Positions 1 to 6,825 of a stretch of 13,076 bases of DNA are shown here, piece after piece. Each line of letters starts with the position of its first letter. The first letter of the stretch is position 1. The DNA comes from Sumerlaeia bacterium (GTDB lineage Bacteria; Sumerlaeota; Sumerlaeia; SLMS01; JAHLLQ01): the NCBI GenBank assembly GCA_040219255.1, contig JAVJSW010000081.1:1-13076 (forward strand). The letters run 5' to 3'. Position numbers and translations under genes: made by a program. A model generated the notes under the pieces. It made no database searches. It saw only the letters and a list, made by a program, of their open reading frames with translations, and was not told the DNA's origin.

Positions 1-93
1 CGATGACCGGGTGTCTCAATGGGTATAGGCAGGTAGGGCCCCACCCCAACCTTCACGACGCAACTGCTCTTCAACGAGTACGGTGCGCCGATT

Positions 94-1671
94 TTGACCT
101 CGAATGATGAACTCGACGAAGCCCCGAAGGCGGCGTCAAACGGAGCGGACATCCTCGTTGTGTGGTCCTCCACATGGGAAGGGACGTCTCCGACGCTTGG
201 CCTTGATTGGGATATTCTCTTCAAGCGGAGTGAGGATGGAGGCAACACCTGGACGTCTTCCGTCTGCCTCTACAACAATGACGAGGATGATCTGCAGCCA
301 GAGATTGCGCATGTCACAGGAGATACGTATGTCGTAGGGTGGTTCTCCATGGATGATCTGGGAGGACGTCTGGGCTCAGACGCGGACCTTCTCTACATGA
401 GGACCGAGGACAAGGGGATGACATGGTCCGATCCAGCGGCGCTGAATTCGAATGCCAATCTAGATTCTGCTCCGAACGAAGGGGGGCCAGAGCTTGTCGC
501 CGACCAAATGGGCGACATTGGCTGCCTTCTCACTGAAGGGACCAATGCCCCCGCGTTCGCTTGGTCCACGAATTCCGGGATGGGCTGGTTGAATCCAGAA
601 CCGCTGGCTGGGGTTTCGGGGATAGGAAGGGGCATCGTCACCGACGGTGTCGGGAACTGGATGATCCTTACCGGTGGCAATGGATACCTCATCTCAACGA
701 GCGGGGACAATGGCGTCACTTGGTCTGGGCCAGTTGTCTTACCGGTCGCGAATGCAGTCGGCCGGGCGACGCTTGGGTATGGCGATGGGGTGTGGGGGTT
801 GCTTGGGACAGACCCGCCCGGGGTCTTTTTCCGGCGAAGCAGCGATCAAGGAAGCACTTGGTCGGCTCCGGTCATTCTGGACAGTGGCTCTGCAAGCGCG
901 GAGCAGCTTTATTACGATCAAGCAAATGAATGTTGGATTGCCCTTTGGAATTCCCAGAACGACCTAGGAGGCCCCTTAGGGGCAGACACGGACATCTTGA
1001 TCGCATCGTCCTCGGATGGCGGCCAGACATGGTCAGCGCCGATCCATGCCAACGAAATGGCTCCCTTTGACGAGCACAATCGGGGAGACGGAAGCGTTTC
1101 GATTGTCCCGAACGGTTACGGGGGGCTCCTACTTTTCTGGCGACGGGGTGGAGCAGACGAAGACAGCGACATTTACTACTCGAAGTTTGGCCCGCAAGGA
1201 CCCGGGAGCGTCTGCGAGCTGGCGGTCGCCACGACCAAAGCCAACAGTAAGAACCTATGCCGGGGCGGGCTGTTTGAGGTGGCTTCGAGTCAAACGCTCA
1301 GCGAATTCCGCATGGAACTTGTTCCAATATTCGATGGGACCGCGGATGTCACCTTTTTCCTCCAAAGTGCCCCATCCCAGGCTGGGCCGTGGACGATGTT
1401 GTATTCCCAGCCGATGACCATTGACCAAGGCCGCCAGTTCTACTCGCCGGGTCTTATCAGCCAGTCCTTGATCACGGGCGAGTACTACGCAGCCGGTGTA
1501 TGCTGGGCCGCGACAGAGGATGCGCGCTATTTCTACAATCCGGGCGGAGCCCCGAGCCTCTTTTCCACCATCGCCGGCCAATTCATCGGAGGTTTCCAGG
1601 GATCGATGGATGATCCGCTGATGGGAAACGGGACCACGACGCTCTACTCCATGGAACTCCGCTTTGAGTGA
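94..1671 (+). CDS. BNR/Asp-box repeat (sialidase-like beta-propeller) protein with ~155-aa C-terminal domain; true start uncertain, probably upstream of 94
   Basis: Six Asp-box motifs (SEDGGNTW, TEDKGMTW, STNSGMGW, SGDNGVTW, SSDQGSTW, SSDGGQTW) and a recurring W-x-S...LG-x-D-x-D-(I/L)-L blade motif. A GPQGPGS linker precedes a non-repeat C-terminal domain. TTG start at 94 has no obvious SD; the frame is open back to 37. Confidence 0.8.
   Translation: MTSNDELDEAPKAASNGADILVVWSSTWEGTSPTLGLDWDILFKRSEDGGNTWTSSVCLYNNDEDDLQPEIAHVTGDTYVVGWFSMDDLGGRLGSDADLLYMRTEDKGMTWSDPAALNSNANLDSAPNEGGPELVADQMGDIGCLLTEGTNAPAFAWSTNSGMGWLNPEPLAGVSGIGRGIVTDGVGNWMILTGGNGYLISTSGDNGVTWSGPVVLPVANAVGRATLGYGDGVWGLLGTDPPGVFFRRSSDQGSTWSAPVILDSGSASAEQLYYDQANECWIALWNSQNDLGGPLGADTDILIASSSDGGQTWSAPIHANEMAPFDEHNRGDGSVSIVPNGYGGLLLFWRRGGADEDSDIYYSKFGPQGPGSVCELAVATTKANSKNLCRGGLFEVASSQTLSEFRMELVPIFDGTADVTFFLQSAPSQAGPWTMLYSQPMTIDQGRQFYSPGLISQSLITGEYYAAGVCWAATEDARYFYNPGGAPSLFSTIAGQFIGGFQGSMDDPLMGNGTTTLYSMELRFE
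229..1032 (+). repeat. Six Asp-box (BNR) protein repeats
   Basis: S/T-x-D/N-x-G-x-T/G-W motifs begin at 229, 403, 565, 700, 838 and 1009, consistent with a six-bladed propeller. Confidence 0.85.
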
Positions 1672-1713
1672 GGCGCAGACTACCACCGGCGCGCGCGCGG
1701 GAATAAAGGAGGT

Positions 1714-3108
1714 TTAGCGAAGGGGGCTTTTTTTACCCAACCCCGCCAGCGCCCCCGCGGCCAACACCAGCAGCCAGGGCATGACCGGAAGGCGAAAGCG
1801 GGCGGTGGCTTCTGGTCCCCAGGAGAGGGCGAGGTGGTAGGCGATGGGGAGAAGGAACAGGAGGAGTGGAAGGCGCCGATCACGGTTCCAAAGGAAGCGG
1901 AGTATGGAAAGGGCCGCAAGTAGGTACGTCCCGAGCAACGCCGCGATTTCTCCCCAGACGAGAAGGATGTGGAAGGGATCTTCCATGGCCCGCAGGTGCC
2001 CCATGACGCCCCGGTCGGCCGGCTTGGCGTAGAGTTCGTTGAGGGGGCTGGTGGCCCGGCCGAGCAGAACGTGGTAGAAACCGGGCACGATGAAGGTGGC
2101 GATGGTTTCCGGGTGGGATTTGATGACGGGCAGGGCTTCGCTCATCATGAACTCTTGGCGCAGTTGGGCGTTTTCGACATCGACATCGGTGACGGCGGCC
2201 TGGAAGCGGACGTCGTATTCGGCCTGGACCTCGAGGAATGGCCGGTTTTCACGGGCGGCTTCGATGCCGGGTGCCCAGTAGCGGTAGAGGTTGACCTTGG
2301 AGATTTCGCTGAGGAACGGCTGGCCGTGGACGGCCTGGTTCCTGATCAGCCAGGCTCCGATGGGTAGGAGGAAGGCCATCAGGAAACAGGCTGGGGCGAG
2401 GAGGCGGCGGAGGCTTTTTTCGGGCGACCGCCACAGCAGAAGCACCAGTGCCGGAAGGAAGAAGAACTGGGCGATGGGTCGAGTGATGACGACCAGGCCG
2501 AGGAGCAATCCGGCGACCGCGGCGCGTTTCCAGGCCTGCGGACGATCCAGGGCGGACACCAGAACAGCATATGACAGGGTGAAGAGCAGGACGTAGATGG
2601 CTTCGGACAAAAAGCGCACCCCGAACACGAATGAGATCATGTCGAAAGCCGCGAGAATCCCGAACAACCACGGCGAAATCGCAAATCCCAGCCGCAAAGC
2701 CGCCCAGGCCGCGATGGCAAGCGCGGACGCGAGGCAGGCTTGCTGGAACAGCGTCCACAAGAACCAGAAGACGCGGCCTTGCCCGAATAGCTTCGCCACC
2801 GGAGCCGCCAGAACCGGCACGACGGGCGGGCGCCTCTGATCGACGCTGTCGCCGGGAATGCGATAAGAGGTGAAGTTGGATTGGGCGAGGTGCTGGGTCA
2901 GGGCGAGGTAGCCGATTTCGTCGCCTTTGGGTTCGGGGATCGTTCGCAGGGGGCTCTCGGGTGCCAGGAGGAGCAGCGCGGCGCGGACGGCGAAGATCGC
3001 CCCGGCAAGGATCAGTAGATGCCTGCGAACGTGCGCAGCGTTTTCATCGGTGAGTTCGAGGGGCGTCGTGAGCATGGCCCAAATCTTCGCGAGGTGTGCT
3101 GAGGCCAT
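1714..3108 (-). CDS. GT-C fold polytopic membrane glycosyltransferase (ArnT / PMT-like), ~464 aa
   Basis: 3' part of the listed 848-aa ORF. The first TM helix is followed by GDEIGY, then RPPVVP, LSEAIY, TRP, WLIRNQAVHG and C-terminal ARFRLPVMP, with many hydrophobic helices. Start placed at the ATG at 3108 (MASAHL); in-frame alternatives at 3165 and 3075. Confidence 0.8.
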   Translation of the reverse strand: MASAHLAKIWAMLTTPLELTDENAAHVRRHLLILAGAIFAVRAALLLLAPESPLRTIPEPKGDEIGYLALTQHLAQSNFTSYRIPGDSVDQRRPPVVPVLAAPVAKLFGQGRVFWFLWTLFQQACLASALAIAAWAALRLGFAISPWLFGILAAFDMISFVFGVRFLSEAIYVLLFTLSYAVLVSALDRPQAWKRAAVAGLLLGLVVITRPIAQFFFLPALVLLLWRSPEKSLRRLLAPACFLMAFLLPIGAWLIRNQAVHGQPFLSEISKVNLYRYWAPGIEAARENRPFLEVQAEYDVRFQAAVTDVDVENAQLRQEFMMSEALPVIKSHPETIATFIVPGFYHVLLGRATSPLNELYAKPADRGVMGHLRAMEDPFHILLVWGEIAALLGTYLLAALSILRFLWNRDRRLPLLLFLLPIAYHLALSWGPEATARFRLPVMPWLLVLAAGALAGLGKKSPLR

Positions 3109-3273
3109 GGGAAAATCGTCCTGCGGAACGGAAAAGTCGGCAACAGGGTTGGATAGCTGTTTCATATGGCGCAACGGCAAGAAGAGAGAGCGCGCCGCTG
3201 AGCTTCCCTGTCTTGACCCGGCGCCGTCGGCTGGGGAGCGTTCTGCGCAGCTCATCGTCAGGATAGACCCCCA

Positions 3274-4803
3274 ATGGACAGACCCGAAGCCAAGCCCCTC
3301 GCGAAAACGGGAATCTTCCCAAGGTCTACTCTTTCGTGGTTGCTTTGGGTCGTCTTGCCGCTTTTCGTCTTCGGCGCGATGGCCTTTATCACCCGGGGTG
3401 ATTTCCTCGACGACGCCTACATCAGCTTCCGCTACGCGCGCCATATTCAGGAAGGGCACGGCATCGTCTGGAGTATCGGCGAGGCGCCCATCGAGGGCTT
3501 CACGAACTTTCTGACGACGATTGGCAGTTCGGTTCTGTTCCGGCTTGGTTTTTCGCCGGTGGGGGCGGGGTACTTCTTCGCCGCCGTGGGAACGCTTCTG
3601 CTGTTTGTGTTTTTTGGGGGCTTGGCCCGACTGCTGAACCTGGGCTTGCTCGGTGGCCTTGCGGGAATCCTGGTTTGCGCCGCCAATCCCCACCTGGCGG
3701 GGAACTTCTCGAACGGCCTGGAGACGCTGCTGGCGGCCGGACTGAGCGCGGGCATTCTCGCAATCGCTGTCGCCATCGTGCTCCAGGGGGCCAGCCTGGG
3801 GCGGATCGCGGCGTTTTGCGCTCTCGGTTTCGTTGGCGGGCTGACGCGGCCGGACATGTTGATCCTCGCGTCGATGACCTTCTTGCCGGTTTTCTTCTCG
3901 TCCTGGCAAGAGAGTTGGAAACGCTGGCTCGCGGTGATCGGCGCGTTCTCCCTTCTCGGCATCACCTTCCTCGGCTGGAAACTGGCGACTTTCGGGTCCG
4001 TGCTGCCCCTGCCGTTCCACGTCAAGCAAGGTGGCCTTGGGATCAACGCCGACACGGCCCTGTCCGTTGTGATGCTGGTCCTGCGGTTCTTCCCCCTGGC
4101 GGCTTTGAGTCTTTTCTTCGTCGATTGGAAGGAACCCGCTCAGCGGCTCGCCTACCTCACCGTTGCCATCCCGGCCGCTATCTTCGCCGCCTACCATTCG
4201 ACTGTCGCCGACCCGGTGATGGGCGAGAACTATCGTTTCTTCGCGCCGATTTTCCCGCACCTGACGGTTCTCGGGCTATTCTTCATCCGCGCCCTGCCCT
4301 TCGGACCGGCATGGCGCGGGCGGGTGTTCGTGGCACTTCTGATCCCGGCCTTTATCATCCCCGCGTCCTACTTTCGCGACGCGCGCGCCACCCGCCAGAC
4401 GCGCGAAAACACCCGCTATTTCGACATCGCCCGCGCCATTGCCGGCCACTCGACTCGCCCGGGAGTGCTGGCCACCGGCGAGGCCGGGGTCATTCCCTAT
4501 GTCACCGATTGGCCCCACATCGACCTCAACCGCCTGAACCACCCGATTCTGGCCCGCGAACCCGAGCGCGACATCGAAGTCATCTTCGGAGATGGCGAGC
4601 CGGACCTTGTCTTTCCCATGACGGACCGGCGGCATTTCGAGAAACACTACCTGAAAGAGGAGCTGACGCAACGCGGCTACCTCTATCTTGGAACCGTAAC
4701 GGTCGGGACGGGCCAGATGCTGCTGCTCTATGTCCATCCCAAGAAGGCGGAGCGGACGGTTGTGGAGGCATTGCGGGGGGTTGTGGATGGAGCGCGCGAT
4801 TGA
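3274..4803 (+). CDS. GT-C fold membrane glycosyltransferase, arabinofuranosyltransferase AftB-like, 509 aa
   Basis: Signature DDAYISFRYARHIQEGHGIVW...IEGFTN after the first TM helix, plus GLET, TRPD, LPLPFHVK and YRFFAP. About 10 TM segments and a soluble C-terminal domain (AGVIPYVTDWPHIDLNRL). Donor and acceptor cannot be determined. Confidence 0.8.
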   Translation: MDRPEAKPLAKTGIFPRSTLSWLLWVVLPLFVFGAMAFITRGDFLDDAYISFRYARHIQEGHGIVWSIGEAPIEGFTNFLTTIGSSVLFRLGFSPVGAGYFFAAVGTLLLFVFFGGLARLLNLGLLGGLAGILVCAANPHLAGNFSNGLETLLAAGLSAGILAIAVAIVLQGASLGRIAAFCALGFVGGLTRPDMLILASMTFLPVFFSSWQESWKRWLAVIGAFSLLGITFLGWKLATFGSVLPLPFHVKQGGLGINADTALSVVMLVLRFFPLAALSLFFVDWKEPAQRLAYLTVAIPAAIFAAYHSTVADPVMGENYRFFAPIFPHLTVLGLFFIRALPFGPAWRGRVFVALLIPAFIIPASYFRDARATRQTRENTRYFDIARAIAGHSTRPGVLATGEAGVIPYVTDWPHIDLNRLNHPILAREPERDIEVIFGDGEPDLVFPMTDRRHFEKHYLKEELTQRGYLYLGTVTVGTGQMLLLYVHPKKAERTVVEALRGVVDGARD

Positions 4804-4811
4804 TTTCCTGA

Positions 4812-4840
4812 TTGACACTGGCCGGAAAACATTACATCTA
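4812..4840 (+). promoter_or_regulatory. Possible sigma70-type promoter for the TPR-Rhs unit
   Basis: Perfect TTGACA at 4812-4817 in an AT-richer intergenic gap. The -10 candidates at 15-17 bp spacing (TACATC, ACATCT, CATCTA) match TATAAT poorly. Confidence 0.35.
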
Positions 4841-4930
4841 AACCATACCCTCACTTCGAAACAGTAAGGTTGAATTCAAGAAAACTCTCTCGCGCCTGCT
4901 TTCGGCGTGCTGTTTGATTTTCCGTTCCTT

Positions 4931-4938
4931 GGAGAGAG
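4931..4938 (+). promoter_or_regulatory. Shine-Dalgarno site for the TPR-like gene
   Basis: GGAGAGAG ending 4 nt before the ATG at 4943. Confidence 0.6.
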
Positions 4939-4942
4939 CAAC

Positions 4943-6799
4943 ATGGCTGCTCTACGATGGAGAGTTTGGGCTCTCGTTTTTTCGATTCTCTTCGGCACCC
5001 AAACCGTGGCGACGGCGGCTGAATATGACGCCGGGGAAACCGAGCGTATCAGGGCGAATGCGTACCAGGAGGCGGCTTCAAAGGGGATGTCGAATCCCGG
5101 GCTCGAGGCCAAGGCTGTGGTTGCCAGGGAGCTGTTGGAGAAAGGCCGTTCGGATTTGGTCCTACTCGAGATCGATCCACTCCTCGATCTGTCGCCTAGT
5201 GAGCCCCTTCATGCCAAAGCGCTGCTCTTGCAGGCCCCAATCCTGGTGGGTATCGGTAAGGTCGAGGAAGCGGAAGCATCCTGGAAGCAAGTCGCCTCGA
5301 CGAAGGAGTTGCCGGAACTCAGCTCACAAGCACGTATCGATCTCCTGCGCCATTACTGGAGACGGGGAGAGTTCGCGAAGTACGTAGAAGCGGCAGAATC
5401 AATTCCCGAAGGCATCGCCGGTTTTGATGAGGGCGAGTCCGCTCTCAATTCCGGTTATGTTTATGTCAGCGAGATGGCAGACTTGGAGGAAGCCCGACGG
5501 TCATTCCAGGAAGTGGCTTGGATAGGCGGCAAGCGCGCGGCAGAGGCAAGGGCGGCGCTGAAGTGGGTTGAGGCAGTGGGAAACGCAGCCTCACAAACGT
5601 CTGTGGCGGACGACTTCGAGCAGCTTCTTCGGGATACGCAAGGGGGCGTTACGAAAGAAATCAGCGCAGAGCTGATCGGAAGGCGCACCCTCGACTATTT
5701 GGAAGCGATTCAAGACCGGGATATGCCGGCGGCGACACGTCTTGCCGAAGCCATATCGAGCGATCCAGTTTACGGAATCTATGGCGCCCGGGCCAAGGCT
5801 TTCCAGGCCAGAGCCAGAGGGAGAGAAGCGGCCTTGGCGGCGCAAGAACAGTTGGTGGTTGAAGAGGCTGCGGCACAGCAGAAGGAGGCCGCACTTAAGG
5901 CCATCAAGAACGGCGAGAACGAAGTGGGAATCGCTTTGCTCGATGAACTGATTGCCGAAGGGGCCAGCGAGTTTGTTCTGCCGGATGTTCGTTTGAGGAA
6001 GGGATACGCGCTCATTCGGACCAAGAAACGCGAAGAAGCGGCCGAAGCATTTGAGACCGCTCTGGTCGCAAATGCCGCTCTCGGCGCCGATCACCCCTAC
6101 AATCTCGAAGCGCTGGCTCGTCTGAGATCCCTCAAGCATGGCAAGGTCTGGAAGCTACAGCGCCAGGAGCAAATGGGAGAAATCGCGAGCGGAAGCAGTA
6201 GCGAGCCTCTCGAAGACGTCCTGAAACTGACCCAGCAATGGATCGACGCCCTACCCCAGGATAGTCCGGATGTTCCACGCGCTTACCTGGAACAGGGTGG
6301 AATTCTTTTCGAGCAGGCGGTCGCGCTCAAGTCACCTCAGACCTGGGATGATGTTCGCAACTATTTGCGATCCGTTCTAATCGAGAACTCAGACTATCCG
6401 CAACAAATTCGCGCTGTGGCGGCGCTGATGCATCTGGAATCCTACTACTACGAAGATCGGTGCGCCGAACTGATTGAGGCAGTCCCCGCCTTTGTGGATG
6501 ACTATCCGGGTTCCTGGCGGGAAATTGGAACCGCCAAGCTCTTTGAATGGACGTGCCACATCCGGCAGGGCGAATGGGAAAAGGCGCATGATGTAATGGC
6601 CTGGGTAAGGCAGGAAGTTCCAGAGGACGCGCCAATCTTTGCCACCGCAGACTTCCATATGGCGGCGCTCTGTGATGAGGCCTTAGCGGCGAGCCATGCG
6701 AAGAACGATGCGCTCGCCACCTCGATCATTGACAAAATGATGAGGAAAGACGCTCAAAATCGCTACACTCTTTTTGCCCAATCTCAAACGAAGAAGTAA
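4943..6799 (+). CDS. Exported TPR-like alpha-solenoid protein, 618 aa
   Basis: Sec-type signal peptide MAALRWRVWALVFSILFGTQTVATA-AE. Ala/Glu/Leu-rich helical repeats with TPR-like patterns (ALLLQAPILVGIGKVEEAEASWKQV; VRLRKGYALIRTKKREEAAEAFETAL; AKLFEWTCHIRQGEWEKAHDVMAWV). ATG 4943 is preferred over GTG 4907 because of the SD and signal peptide. Confidence 0.75.
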   Translation: MAALRWRVWALVFSILFGTQTVATAAEYDAGETERIRANAYQEAASKGMSNPGLEAKAVVARELLEKGRSDLVLLEIDPLLDLSPSEPLHAKALLLQAPILVGIGKVEEAEASWKQVASTKELPELSSQARIDLLRHYWRRGEFAKYVEAAESIPEGIAGFDEGESALNSGYVYVSEMADLEEARRSFQEVAWIGGKRAAEARAALKWVEAVGNAASQTSVADDFEQLLRDTQGGVTKEISAELIGRRTLDYLEAIQDRDMPAATRLAEAISSDPVYGIYGARAKAFQARARGREAALAAQEQLVVEEAAAQQKEAALKAIKNGENEVGIALLDELIAEGASEFVLPDVRLRKGYALIRTKKREEAAEAFETALVANAALGADHPYNLEALARLRSLKHGKVWKLQRQEQMGEIASGSSSEPLEDVLKLTQQWIDALPQDSPDVPRAYLEQGGILFEQAVALKSPQTWDDVRNYLRSVLIENSDYPQQIRAVAALMHLESYYYEDRCAELIEAVPAFVDDYPGSWREIGTAKLFEWTCHIRQGEWEKAHDVMAWVRQEVPEDAPIFATADFHMAALCDEALAASHAKNDALATSIIDKMMRKDAQNRYTLFAQSQTKK

Positions 6800-6816
6800 C
6801 TTCTGCCGGACTCATT

Positions 6817-6821
6817 GAGGT
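6817..6821 (+). promoter_or_regulatory. Shine-Dalgarno site for the Rhs gene
   Basis: GAGGT ending 4 nt before the ATG at 6826, within the 26-nt gap after the TPR stop codon. Confidence 0.65.
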
Positions 6822-6825
6822 CAAC

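Noticed and set aside
34-36. TAG read-through (pyrrolysine or recoding) in the BNR gene
   Set aside because: A second in-frame stop (TGA 4-6) lies just upstream, no other gene here needs read-through, and no pyl genes are visible.
1689-1699. Alternating GCGCGCGCGCG tract between convergent genes (terminator or Z-DNA candidate)
   Set aside because: Short, no convincing stem-loop with a U-tract, and unremarkable in GC-rich DNA.
1704-1713. Near-perfect SD-like TAAAGGAGGT on the + strand
   Set aside because: No start codon at usable spacing, and it abuts the stop codon of the convergent gene; probably chance.
3109-4260. N-terminal ~380 aa of the listed 848-aa minus-strand ORF, implying a long overlap or fusion
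   Set aside because: It is the antisense shadow of the AftB-like gene. The sequence is hydrophilic and motif-free, and GT-C features start only after MASAHL (3108).
3675-4811. 378-aa alternative-frame plus-strand ORF
   Set aside because: Arg/Pro-rich off-frame product typical of GC-rich genes, and it overlaps a well-supported CDS.
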